Source of the DNA: Penicillus capitatus
Lineage: Eukaryota; Plantae; Chlorophyta
DNA length: 64,000 nt
Assembly: GCA_965649825.1 (NCBI GenBank)
Contig: OZ287697.1
Coordinates: forward strand, 1,350,351-1,414,350
Reading direction: 5' to 3'
The notes under the pieces were generated by a model. It did no database searches and was not told where the DNA came from. It saw nothing but the letters and a program-made list of their open reading frames with translations. The position numbers were made by a program, and so were the translations under genes. Shown in pieces: positions 48,371-61,700 of the stretch; position 1 is the stretch's first letter, and the number at the start of each line of letters is the position of its first letter.

Positions 48371-51300
48371 ATGCTGTGCGAAAAATTTCTCCTGTTGTTC
48401 CTCTGCCTTTCGCTGTCTCTGTCTGCCTTGGCGACCACCAAGAACGACGGAAAACGGCTAGAAGAACAACCGTCCTCCGTGTCGGGTTTACCAGGTGAAG
48501 CCGAATTCTTTTACGCTCTGCTTTTCCGTGTCACGAACTCGCCTAAACCTATGCCTGGCAGAACCCGGAGCGATGTTCTCGACGGAATCGGCTTTATCTG
48601 ACGAACTTTCTCTCGCACTCTTCCTAGACAACGCAAGAACCGTAAGCCCCTCCTGTACCTTTCGCATCTGCCGCCGTCACCTTCTTCGTCTTGCTTAGGA
48701 TGCCAGTTCCGGACGAACGCTGTCTCAAGACGGTGCCGTTTCCGGAGACGGCGGCTCTGGTACGGCACTCGTACATCGTCGTAGATGCCCGATATTTATA
48801 CCGTTTCTGTCCAGACTTCGAGTGTTCTCTCAGTAAACAAGCGATTCGTCGGTATGTCGACGAAGATACGAGAACATGGCGCGTGACTGCAGCTATACTC
48901 GACGAAATCGAACACGACCTGCAGTCCATCATGAACTGCACGGAAGACGGCGATATTCTCTTGTTCGATGTCGTCGGCACTATTCGCCCCGCCTATCGCG
49001 TGACGATCTCCAACAGACTCACACTTGGCGCCAACGTCGAGAATACCCCGGACACAGACGACGCGAGTATTGCTTCCCAGACGAGCGCCACGTTCGAATG
49101 CCCCCAGGACAACGAAGGCATCTTCACGATCCAGTAAGCATCTTGCCGACCCTCGTGATGCGTTTGCTCATCGTATCCGATCAGGGCGAATGGCGTGCGG
49201 CTCGAGAATCTCATTTTCAGAGACTGCATGTTTGACGATTCTTTCAGATCCCGATCTATCATCGCTGTTACCGTCGAATGCAACGGAGGTCAGAACGGCA
49301 CGCTGGCATTCAGCAACGTGCAGTTTGCGAGCAATCGACTAGTCGGTGCCGTCGCCGTCGACATACCGCCGTCGTTGTCCTGTATGGCTGTCAAGATGAG
49401 CAACATTACATTCGTAGACAATACCTGTCATGGGCGTACCTGCGGAGCCGATTTGTCGATGAGCAACGAACTTAAGGATTGCACCTTCAAGGACAATCAT
49501 CTGGACGACGACGTGGAAGACGGCCGTCCTTTCATGCTGTCTGTCCCGGCTGGTTCGACGACAATAGCTCGAGGCATCACGGCGGAGAAGAACGCCGTCG
49601 GACTGCTCAAGGTTGAAAAAAGCTCTCTGACGCTGTCGGCATCATCGACCTTTACTGAAAACCGCCCACCTGAAAACCGTTCGTTCGTACCTTTGATTCA
49701 CCTCGTCGACGCCGAAGCCACATTTGAATCGTGTCGCTTTGAAGAGAACGGCAGATCGAGTGCCAAACCGCTGATACTGATGACGGAGAGCTCTGATGTG
49801 ACCCTCACGGACTGTCATTTCATCAAGAACTCGGCGCATTCCGGCGGCGTGCTGTATCTGAATGCAAGCAGCGTCGTGATCGACGAGTGCCGATTTGTAT
49901 CAAATGCGGCGTCGTTGAATGGAGGCGTCGTCTATGCATTCGCGTCCAATATCTCGACGTCAAACACCGTCTTCAGCGAAAACAAAGCAGATAACTCCGG
50001 AGGGTGCTTTTATCTTGAACCCAACAGCGAGCTGAACGTCAGTTCCGACACGCGCATGACGAAGAACAGCGCAAAGAGAGGCGGAGTGGCGGCGCTTCTT
50101 GATGGTTCGACGGCAAACCTCGCAGACGCCGTCTTCGAAGACAGCGACGCATCGGCCTCTAATGGTGGTGCCTTTTATTTGCGCCATTCTCGGATGACCG
50201 CACAAAACTGCAAGTTCAGAGGAGGCGTGGCGATCAGAGGAGGATTTGTCTATGCCGACGACGCCGCCGTTCTTGAGTTCACGGCATCGAACTTCTCTGA
50301 CGGAAATGCAAGTCTCGGCGGTGCATTCGCGCTTGCGGAGGAAACGAAGTTGGACATGCGAGATGTTCGTATGGAAGACAACGAAGCTAAACAGCGAGGA
50401 GGAGCCATCTATGCGATCGGCAATTCGAACGTCACCGCCAGCCACTCTCAGTGCATCTCCAATGAGGCGCGTGGAGAGAACGGCGGCGGATGCTTCTTTG
50501 TGGAATCTTCCTCGTTAACGCTGCTCGATACCGTTCTCTCCGAAAACAAAGCTCCGAATACCAATGGAGGCGCCGTGTCTTGCCGAGAGAGCTCGATACT
50601 GTCTGTGAACGCGTCCGAGTTCTCGAAGAATGAGGCGGAATACGGGGGCACCATATCCTTGTCTTCCAGATCCAGAGCAGACATCGAGTCTTCCAACATT
50701 TCCGACAGTCGAGCTAGCCACTCTGGCGGCGTGTTCTTTCTCGACACGGCAGAAGTCGACCTGTCGCATTGCAAGATCTCCGTCAGCAGAGCTGAGCAAC
50801 AAGGCGGTATCCTTTACGCTTTGGCCTCGGCGGTGAGCGTTTCGCATTCGCAGCTCAAAAACGGTTCTGCTGTCGACGGAGGGTGCCTTCATCTGAGCGA
50901 TGGCACGAACGTCTCTATCCACGACACATCTCTGACGGTGTGCGACGCGAAAGGGGACGGCGGTGCGGTGTGGATTGCCGATGCCTCTGAGTGCAACATC
51001 TCCGGTGGCGTTTTGGAGAGGAACTCGGCGAACGCGACAGGAGGCGCCGTCTACGCTGCCGGATGCACTTTGACGATCCAAGACACGAACATCACAGACA
51101 ACGAAGCTCGAGAAGGAGGCGGCGTCTACGCCTCTCGAGGAGCGCAGCTGAATTTGATCTCTACAAACTTGACCGGCAACAAGGCGGAAGACGGAGGAGC
51201 CTTGGCGACGGTGAACAACCGCGCGGCGACAGTGAACGTGACGGACTGTCAGTTTTCTCAAAACTCGGCCAGCGACAGAGGCGGCGGCTGTATTATCAAC

Positions 51301-54300
51301 AACACGCGCATTCGTTTCACAGACTGTCGCTTTCAAGACAATCGTGGACGACGTGGAGGCGCTCTTGGCGTGTGGAGGTATTCAATTGCGGATCTGACAG
51401 ATTGCGTGTGCAGAGACAGCTATGCAGACAATGACGGCGGCTGCCTCTTCGGCGGCAATGACAGTCACATAAACATCCGAAACGTTAGCCTGGTAAACTG
51501 CACAGCAGAGCGCAATGGAGGCGGCATCCACCTTGAACAGTCGACGAATCTCGATATCGCGAAAAGCAGCTTCTTGGAGAATCGTGCCGAACAGAACGGC
51601 GGGTCCATTTCCGCGAGAACGTCCAATGTCAGTGGCACCGGTCTGGTCTTCAGGACGAACACGGCAAGACAGAGTGGCGGAAGCGTACTCTGCGCAGAGC
51701 ACTGCGAAATGGACATCGCCGATGCGGTCTTCGCCGACAACCACGCTGACGACGGAGGTGCCGGTTGTCTCATTGATGGATCTCGCATCGCCATTGGCGG
51801 CTGCCAGTTGAGCGGGAACGAAGCCAAAAGAAACGGCGGCAGTTTCTACGCCAATGAGGCGATGCTCTATGTATCGGATTCGCAATTCGACAGGGGGCTT
51901 GCCGGGATCGACGGAGGGTTTGTGAGATTGGACAATGGCAGTCGCATCATTCTACAGAACGTCAACATGAGAAAGGGCGAGGCAAAAAACAGCGGAGGAG
52001 CGATGTCCATCGACGATTCCGAATTCGGCGCCGCCGACTTCCGAATCGAGAAATGCATCGCCCGATTCGACGGCGGTGCAATGCATATGCTCAACGCTCA
52101 GACATCAAACTGCACCAGATGCCAGTTGACGGAAAACAGAGCCGAACGCGGAGGAGCCGTCGCCGTTGAACACACGAAATCGCCTTCGGTGGAATGGTGC
52201 TTCATCTATTCGACACTGCATGACAACACGGCGTCCTACGGAGGTATGTCAGTCACCCTATACGCCTCACGCTCGGATACGAAGACGTGCTGTGCAGGTG
52301 CGATTCATCTTCTGGAACCACAAGACGGAGAAAGGCAGAGTGTGACAGACCAAGGCCGACCACTCTTTGGCTTAGTTCGCACTGAACTGTCCCGCAACGT
52401 GGCGGAGGTCGGCGGCAACGACATCCTCGCCTTCGATCTCACAGGCGTGCGTTTTATCTGCGATGATGACGCGTCTGCGACAACGGCCACGTCGATCCCT
52501 TCGCGAGACGAACTGGAGAAAGCGCACAGACTGGATGCGGAAGGCGCTACGTGTCCGGAGTGGCGCAACGGAGACGGCGGCGACATGACGACGTACGTGC
52601 GTTCCGTGGAGAAGACGATGTTTTTTCAGCAAACGAACGAGAGCGTTTCCGTCGATGGCGATCGCCACACAATACGAAGCCATGCGAGTGGGACGCCCCT
52701 TCCCACGATCGTCTTTCGATCCCTGACCCAGCTGGGGCAGCCTTCGTCTCTCGGACTGAACAGGGGTGTGATTTTGGCCAAGACCGAATCGGGTGACTTC
52801 TTCTCGGGTAACTTGCAGGTCGACCTGCACAACGGAACCGGCAATTTCTCGAGCATCGTCGGGTTTCATAATCCTGGAAGCTATGAACTCCGGATCGCTT
52901 TCAGTGAGGACTACCTACCAGACTTCGTCGTCACCGTCGAGATTCGTGACTGCCGCATCGGCGAATCGGTGACGGCGGGCGGGTCGTTCTGTCGCCCGTG
53001 CAGCGGAGCGACGTACAGTTTCTTGCCAGATCGAGAGGATCTCGGATGTCTGCCGTGCCCGGAGAACGGAAGATGCAACACATCGACCATTCAGCCGCTG
53101 CCAGGTTACTGGCATCCCTGGCCGTGCTCCAGTCATCTTCAGAAATGCCTGACGGAGCAGGCATGCGACTTCGACCAGCGCGAAGAGCGACTCTACGAGC
53201 TGACGAAAGATATGGAATCGTGTCACATGTCCGACGACCTTGTAGTTGAATACGGAGACGCCCAGTGCCACACAGTATGCGCATCTGTCTCTATCTGGCG
53301 TCTCTTGATGTGGGTATTAGGGTCACACGGGTCCGCTTTGCGGTTCCTGCAAGCCAGATTACGGCAAGGCTCAGTTCTTCACCTGCAAGGAGTGCTTTAC
53401 CGATGGGGTGAATGTCTTGCTCTATCTCCTGTCGATCTTTGTGTTCTTGGTTTTGGCTGCGATTGCAATGAAAACGAATCTCGAACCCGATGACCAGCAT
53501 CCGGGATCGAAGGTCGTCGTTGAGATCTTCAAGGTATATGCATGATCATTCGATGCCTGTCTGTGAGTGTGTTCCGTCAGATTGCGGTGGACTATGCGCA
53601 GGTGACGGCTATTGCCATTTCCATCAACGTCTCCTGGAGCACGACGCTCTCCAAATTCTTCGAGATTGCAGGTATCGCACGACGACGCTGAGTCTCTGTG
53701 GTCTCAATCCGTTATCTGTTCTTAGAATTGATCAGCGGCGTCATCACGGAGGCCATCGAAAGAGCTGTCCATTGTCTCCTGCACGAAGATGATGCCGACA
53801 TCGAGCGCGCCGTCTTTGCCGTCGTGATGGACATCGTCACTGTCCTCGGCGTCCTGCTCCTATTCTGCGCATTCTGGGGAATCGTCACCGTCATTCGTCA
53901 CGAAGACTGGTGTTACCTTTGGAAGAAACTCGGAATGAGTTTCTTTGTCGTTTCCTATCTGAGCTACATCGCGCTGACGAGCACCTCCATCCACATCTTG
54001 ACATGTCTCGAAGTCCACGACTCGGTGGAGGTCGCGAACGACAGCACGACAGCTTACTGGGTAGCAGATACGAACATCCGGTGCCACGAAGGATCTCACG
54101 CAGTTCTGAAGCATACGCTCGGCTGGCCACTCCTTGTCGTTTTTTCGTTCGGATTTCCCGTCGTCGTTCTGTGCATCACTGTGTTCGCTGACGAACAGAA
54201 GAGAGATCAAGGAAACAGGAAAGAGATTCTCGGATTTCTGTACCAATCCTACAGAAAGCGGTACTGTTTCTGGGAAACCATCGTCCTCTTAAGAAAGGCA

Positions 54301-54888
54301 GCTCTGGCCGTCGTCGTCATGCTCGCTTATCCACTGGGGCCAAATCTGCAAGTCATGTTCTCAGCCTCCGTTTTCACGGTGGCACTCTATTTGCAGACCG
54401 TTTGCCGACCATTCGGCGAAGACGAGAACGGACAGAATGGCCAACGGGACGCGGCAGACGAGCAGAATGACCAACAAGACGCTGCAGACGGGCAGAATGA
54501 CCAACAAGACGCTGCAGACGGGCAGAATGAGCGACGGGACGCTGCAGACGGGCAGAATGGCCAACAAGACGCAGCAGACGGGCAGAATGGCCAACAAGAC
54601 GCAGCAGACGGGCAGAATGGCCAACAAGACGCAGCAGACGGGCAGAATGGCCAACAGGACGCTGCGAAGGAACTGGATCGACTGAACGACTTGGAAAGCA
54701 TCTCGCTTCTCGTCTCGCTACTGACGTTCGTGTCCAGTCTCTGTTTCAATGCAGAGAACGCATCGTCGGGCGTTCGTTTGTTTGTCAGTCTGGCGATTCT
54801 GGCGCTGAATCTGGTTTTCTTTTCGTACCTTGTTATCGTTTTCTTGAAGAAGTTCTGCAGATGCAGCAGAGCTGACCCTAACAACTAA
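48371..54888 (+). CDS. R7: Pmp-like beta-helix / Cys-rich / multi-TM surface receptor-like protein (complete)
   Basis: Signal peptide MLCEKFLLLFLCLSLSLSALA. Introns 48495-48561, 48642-48698, 48760-48814, 49134-49184, 52244-52297, 53275-53320, plus the two conserved TM-region introns. Stop TAA at 54886-54888. Confidence 0.9.
54448..54657 (+). repeat. 30-bp coding tandem repeat x7 (DAADGQNGQQ) in a loop of the R7 membrane domain
   Basis: GACGC[GTA]GCAGACG[AG]GCAGAATG[AG]CCAACAA-type units between RPF and ELDRLNDLE. R1 has about one unit at this site. Confidence 0.95.
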
Positions 54889-55635
54889 TCTAAGCCTTTT
54901 CCTTCTGGTTCGAACAGCGGTACGGCATAAGTGCGTGCTACAGAACCAGTTGTGCGTTCGTTGTTGAGTACTGTTGTTAGGCTTATCTCTGGTACTACGT
55001 CATTGTTTAACGCTCTTTTTGCTTCAGGCTATAACATTAGTCTCTAAGCTGTGATGGAACTGGCTTGGCGGCAAGCCGCACTTGATTTATGAATCGTCAT
55101 AAAACGTTGTCATCTATCTGTATTTGATCTATCTTTTGGATAACATTTGCCAAAAAGGTTTGTTTAACGCATTGAACTATCAGAAGACGAATTTCAAGCG
55201 ACGCGTCGGTTCCTGAGAGAAGAAAGCCAACTATCGGTGCGACGATTCAACGCTAGTGCACAGAGCTAGTTTGTAGACGGCAGTCGAGGCCGACGGTAAG
55301 GTTTACAGATTTCAGAATTTTCGCCATAGATGAACTAAAACGACCAAGACTGCATCTCTCGACACGAATTGATCGTCGCCTTTCGTCGGTCGAGGCGGCA
55401 AGTGGATAGTCGATGGTTATGGGTCGGCGATGAAACCAACTCGAAGGAACACTCGTCAATTAGCTCTCTCAGGAAAAAGAGATGATCACTGCTCCTATAT
55501 CTTTACCAGTGTCAAGAAGAGATTCTCTTCGCTGTTCTGTGGCAGCAACGACAGGCACAGATATTCAGATACCATGGAGGAACCTATCGATCTGTCGGCC
55601 GTTAGATGCATGTCAAACCACGCCCGAGTTATCTG

Positions 55636-57347
55636 TGTCGCCAAGATCTGGCTTGACGATGTGACTGCCTAGATTCTGAGGGGTTCATCATTTGGGGGGA
55701 CGCAGGCTGACTCACCTAAGGCGCTATTCTCTGGTTCTGGCGCAAGAGTGACTCACCTGCCTAGGCAGGTCACATCGCCACGGGGATATTTAAACGAACA
55801 ATCTGAACGTGTTTTCACCTTGCTTCGAACACTTGTAAGACTTCCGCTGTTATCGTTTCGTTCGGCGCCTCCGCGCGACATGGTTTCGGAGCGTTAAAAC
55901 GTTCCTCAGTTTGATTCTCCGTCTCAGTGACGTTGCGCATTTGCTGTGTGCTTTGCGCCTTTGAGTCCTTTCGAGGAAAAGTTTCAGGAAAACAAGTTAC
56001 AAGGATGAGTCAAGCACGACGAAGAGGAACGGAGCAAGGTCTTGGAGGGGAAGGCTTCGACGTAATTTTTTTTTCGGCACCACTGTGTACGGACCAAGTT
56101 TGCTCAGCTCTCTGGGACAAGACGAGGGAGTATACCCTGGTGCGCTACATTGTCACAGGGTGTGGACGCAGAGTCGGATTAGTGTGAACAACCAGTTCGG
56201 AGATATGTTTTTGGTTGACGCGGCCGAACTGGTTGAGTTTTTCAGATACGTTTGTCCGCGACTGCAAGAAAGACGGGAACTGCAAGGGACGACGGGACGT
56301 TTGCACAAGGAGAATGAACGGTTGAAACGGGAGCTGCAATGGGCACAACGACGAGCCAGTGCGGCCGAATTGGAAGCTAGTGAAGCCAACGACGAGATGG
56401 ATTTTTTGCTGGTCGGAAATGAGAATCTGCAGGAGCAAAAACAAAAGCTTCAACAAGAGCTTTCCGAGGCGGAACGAGGTATCGTTGAGGCACAGAGAAG
56501 TGCGACCGAGGCACGCCGAGAAGCCTCCTCCACACAACAAAAACTTAGACGGACAGAGACGGCCTACGAAGAGGCCAAAAGGCATTTCATTATGGCGCCT
56601 GATTTGGTGCCTTGTCTTCAGTCGTTAACAACAGAAGTGAAGACGCTACAGGAGGAAGTCCGAATGAGCGGCGAAAAGACAGTTGACGTGGTGGCACAAC
56701 GACCACCAGATGGACGAAGTGAAAAGACGCTAAACCAGATGAAGCGTGTGCTGCACGACATCGGTCGATATCCGCGGCGACGACGAAAGGGAAAAGCAGC
56801 CGACGCAGCTGACGATGGCGGAGGTGCCATCAAGCGCGGTCGGATCTGCTATGTGTGCCGGCGCAAAGGGCACGTGGCAGAAAACTGTCCGCGGGTGCGG
56901 ACAGTTGGTACGACGTCGGCGGAAACAACGATGTCAGATGTGGAGCAACGGCCGGCGGAATCAAGCACAGAAGCAGCGTCTTCGGGATGGACCCTTTTTT
57001 CGGCTCTGAGACGTTTCACCTCGGGCATCGACTGAAGACCGTCTGTTCATTTTTTTGTGGGGGTTTGCTTACAGTGTTTTCGGAGTTTGGCGGGAAGCGT
57101 GGTGTCGCCAAGATCTGGCTTGACGATGTGACTGCCTAGATTCTGAGGGGTTCATCATTTGGGGGGACGCAGGCTGACTCACCTAAGGCGCTATTCTCTG
57201 GTTCTGGCGCAAGAGTGACTCACCTACCTAGGCAGGTCACATCGCCACGGGGATATTTAAACGAACAATCTGAACGTGTTTTCACCTTGCTTCGAACACT
57301 TGTAAGACTTCCGCTGTTATCGTTTCGTTCGGCGCCTCCGCGCGACA
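55636..57347 (+). mobile_element. Complete non-autonomous LTR retroelement 2 (1712 bp; same family as 7692-9388)
   Basis: 245-bp LTRs at 55636-55880 and 57103-57347 (one mismatch seen: CACCTGCCTA vs CACCTACCTA). TG...CA termini. 5-bp TSD ATCTG (55631-55635 and 57348-57352). Same PBS and PPT as element 1. Confidence 0.93.
56005..57035 (+). CDS. Gag-like coiled-coil/CCHC protein, with a -1 frame break at a T9 run
   Basis: ATG 56005 (MSQARRR..., as in element 1) is out of frame with ORF 56085..57035 (YVCPRLQERRELQ...CYVCRRKGHVAENC...GWTLFSALRRFTSGID). The break maps to T9 at 56066-56074. Confidence 0.72.
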
Positions 57348-58751
57348 ATCTGTTTCTATTCTGTGCACGCCTTCATTTGCAGCAGCAATCTTTCTGACAG
57401 AACAATAATTGTTGGCAAGGACATTCATTTGACAAATGCAAGAATGAATGTGCGACCATAATGTTAAGTGAAGTGTTTTGTAGAACCAACCTGTTTTTTG
57501 TTCACGGAGTCTTGGCATGCAATGTGTCCTGCTCACAAGTACGGCCTGATGCCGTGCAATACTCAAAAACCTCAATCTGAAAGCGCACAGAGTCGCTGAT
57601 AAATCTGTATCTACTTTCCGAGTGGCTCATCTGTACGTCGCTACCCGAAGCAGTAAACAAATTCTGCTATGTACCATCTCGCTTTCAACTCAAATCCATC
57701 ACCGAGGTCTCTGCACGAGGGTGCTGTATCCAGATAGAATGACCAACCATGCAATCGAATCATAGCCTTTGCTCGAGACTGAACAAAGAATGGATCTCGT
57801 GTCTTTCAAACCATGAATGCAGTCGGCCGAACGTTTAGGGCGCGAACCAAGGCCGTGCAAGGTCTCCCATCCCGAGAAAGGCCACATCACCTTTTCTATG
57901 CGGTATTGCATCGTACGGTTTTCAACACCCAGACTGCATAACGATAAAAACAAACGATAAAGAGTGCCGTGCCTGGAACGCCACAGCACAAGTGAATCTG
58001 ACACTCTCCTCATTATGCGAGCGGAATGCAGCCATCCACAGGTCAAAAGCGACAGAGACGCGCCGACGGGCAGAACCATACGAACGGCGTGTCCACGGAT
58101 GCAACACTGCCCAAGTGCTTTGAATCAGGGTCGATCTTTGTCATCCTTAAGCAAAAGGGCATCAGGTTAGGTGGAACTCCGAACCGTGAGAGTTATAGAA
58201 GATGTCACACTTGTGGTGGACTGCCGTTGTTCGCGTTTTCCGTCGAAAACTTGCTTCCTTCCTCTCTGTGACGGCGGCGGACATGCATCGCGATGCAAAA
58301 ACGAGTGAACGGCCTTCTTCGGTGCTGACACTCCAGATGCACAGTCTCTGGCCAAAATTCGTCAACATCGCGTCAGCGCGACACCATGAAACGCAGCTTT
58401 GTAACAGCGAAGCCATAGGCTACTTCAAACGCCGTTATGAGATCCAACTGGTGGACTCTGATGTCTCTTCCGAGCAGAGTTGTGGTTTGCGGGTGTTCGT
58501 TCGTGCCAACGCGTGTTGCTCTGCTCGATTTGAAAAGACGTTCATGGGTCAGCGCGGCAAAGGGACACATGCATACAGCATGCTCTCGGATACGTGGTCG
58601 TTCGCTGCACCAGCTGCATCGTAGCTGCAGCAGAAGCATTTCTCGCCTCAGCTTCCAACGTTCCATGCAACTGGCCTCTTCCTGACTATAAAAGCCTCCT
58701 CTCAGTTTGCAAGCGTCTGTTGAAGTTTTCGTTCAGTAGTCCGACGAAGAA

Positions 58752-61700
58752 ATGCGACGCCGTTTACTTGGTCTGTTGTTGACGTGTGTGGTGTTCCGCA
58801 CGAACGCGAGCGCATGCTCGTGTCCGACGCACCATCTCCGTCGAGCTGTGGCTGCGGCGACGGCGGAAGATGCCTCGATCGTGCGTTTTTCCAGCGAAGT
58901 CTCAGCCTCAAGTTCATCCGAAACTTCAGAAAGTGCAGCATCTGCGCCGACTCATGCGACAGTGACTGCATCGTTCTCGACGAGGCACGAGGACGAAGAG
59001 GCGGATCCGTCTCCCACGTCCCAAATGAACAAGTCTGCAGAGGCGGAACGTTCTTCTGTCGCTATGCTAGGTCGGAGCGAGGGCCGTTCCCTGCGACAAG
59101 ATGACGGCCTCGATGACGAAGCTTCTACAGGTGAGACAGACCTTTGCTGTCTGCGAGAGCATTTCCTTGACGTCTGTGCTCTTTGTCTTGGTAGGCCTTC
59201 CTTGTTCGCTGAGCAAACGAACCCTTAGAGAACACCTGGACAGAGCGACCAGAACGTGGCGTATCAACCGTTCACTGCTTAATGACGTCGAGGATGACAT
59301 CCAAGTCATTGTCAACTGTACGAAGCCAGGCGACGTCCTCGCCTTCAATGCGAGGAGAATCCGGCCGTCTTCGCGCATCGTCATTCCGTGGCCACTGACG
59401 TTAACAGCATCGGTGGACAGTTTCGAAGTCGAGGAAGGCGTGTTTCCTCGTTCTGGCGCGAAGGCAACGTTCACCTGCCCGAACAGAAGAGAGGGCGTCT
59501 TCTTGGTCAAGTAAGATTTGAATTCCCGCATCTGCTGTTGACTAATATCGATCTGGCGTTCAGGACAGCGGGTGTCCTTTTCGCCAATCTGATATTCGAG
59601 GGCTGCTTGCTCGAGACTGGCAGTTCGAGGTCTATTGTGGAAGTCGAAGGGTGTTCTTCCAGTCGCATCAAAGACAACATTCAACTCCACCATGTCAGTT
59701 TCGAGAATAACACGCTGATCAACGGCGCAGGACTCGCAATGCAGTCTCCATCTTGCTTTGAGCTGGAGCTGATCGACTTCGTCTTCGAGAACAACACTTG
59801 TGATGGTCGTTGTGGTGTGATCTTGGCAATACACAATCGACTGCGAGACGTCATCATTCGGCGGAACAAGCCGTCAGACACTGCGAACGCCAACACGACA
59901 GTGTTCTATGCGCCTCCTGGATCTGAGACATCTGTCAACCGCATGAACAGTTTAGAGAACAGATGTTCAAGCGTCAAAGTCCAGGATGCATCTCTGGACA
60001 TGACACGTTGTACATTCATCCAGAATTCGATCGCGGCTGGCCAGGATGGCGTGAACAGTACATCTCTGAATTTGACGTCGGCAACAGTGTCGATCAAGGA
60101 GTGTCGGTTTCAACAGAACACGGCTCAGATCGGAGGTGTCATTGCCGGATCCAGATCGAATGTCACCTTCATCGACAGCGCCTTTGATGCAAATGCTGCT
60201 TCAAGTGGCGGTGTCATGGCGTTTGACGATGACAGCACTGTCTCGATTCAATCCTGCAATTTCTCTTCGAATACAGCTCTCCAATCTGGTGGAATTCTAT
60301 TTGCAAGATCGTCTCAGCTATTTGTCAGTTATTCCTTTCTGGAAAAGAATTCTGCAAATGGAAACGGTGGTTGCTTTTGTCTGGATAATTCGAGCAATCT
60401 CGAAATGTCGTTCGCCACCATGACGGACAACCAAGCTGTTTTTGGTGGAGTGTTGGTTATCAGAGGGGAGGCATCAGGAAATGTGACGCATTCGTCCTTC
60501 CACATGAACGATGCATCAACATCTGGCGGTGCCGCTTTTGTCCAAGCTTCTACGCTCTCCCTCGAAAAGTGTCGTCTTGCCAATGGATCTGCAGAATATG
60601 GAGGAGGTATTACTGCAGTCTCTTCAAACATCTCCGTTCTGGAGAGCACTGCGTCCAATCTCTCCGCGAGCAAGGAAGGTGGATTTGTTGTCGTGCGTGC
60701 CGATTCTGTGTTACGCATGAGTGACTGCATATGCTCGGGCAACCAGGCAAGCTTTGGTGGGTGCATGCACGTGAAGGAGAATTCGTTGGGCATCGTCACT
60801 GACTGCCAGTTTGACAAGAACGATGCATCAACATCTGGCGGCGCCGCTTTTGTCCGAAGCTCTACCTTCTTAGTTCAGAAGTGTCACGTTGCCAATGGAT
60901 CTGCAGAATATGGAGGAGGTATTACTGCAGTCTCTTCAAACATCTCCGTTCTGGAGAGCACTGCGTCCAATCTCTCCGCGAGCAAGGAAGGTGAATTTGT
61001 TGTCGTGCGTGCCGATTCTGTGTTACGCATGAGTGACTGCATATGCTCGGGCAACCAGGCAAGCTTTGGTGGGTGCATGCACGTGAAGGAGAATTCGTTG
61101 GGCATCGTCACTTACTGCCAGTTTGACAAGAACGATGCATCTACATCTGGCGGTTCCGCTTACGTCAAAGATTCCGTCCTATCCGTTCACACGTGCAGCT
61201 TCGTGAATGGATCTGCAGTAAACGGTGGTGGGATCATTTCATTCACTTCAAACATCACTGTTGACGATACCTCTGCTTTTGACATGTCTGCAGTCCAGTA
61301 TGGTGGATTTCTCGCTGGCAAAACATTCAATATACGGATGAAGGACTGCTCATTCTCGGGCAACCAGGCAGACTTTGGTGGAGCCATTTGCCTTCTGAGC
61401 AACTCATCCGGCAACATCACTGACTGCCAGTTTGCCAAGAACAGTGCATCTACATCTGGCGGCGCCGCTTACGTCAAAGATTCCGTCCTATCCGTTCAGA
61501 AGAGCAGCTTCGTGAATGGATCAGCAGCACAAGGCGGAGCAATCCACTCATTCTTTTCAAACATTTCTATCTGGAAGACTGACGCATCTGGTCAGTCTGC
61601 CAGTGAGCTTGGCGGTGCTATCTACTTCTCCAAATCTGTCTTCAAGATAAACAACGTCAAGATTTCGGAGTGTGAGGCAGAAAGTGATGGGGGTGCCATT

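Noticed and set aside
54886-54888. Non-canonical code with TAA/TAG = Gln, as in some ulvophyte algae and ciliates
   Set aside because: Exons of 1.8-3.1 kb contain no in-frame TAA/TAG, and R1-R4 end at TAA or TAG right after their C-tails.
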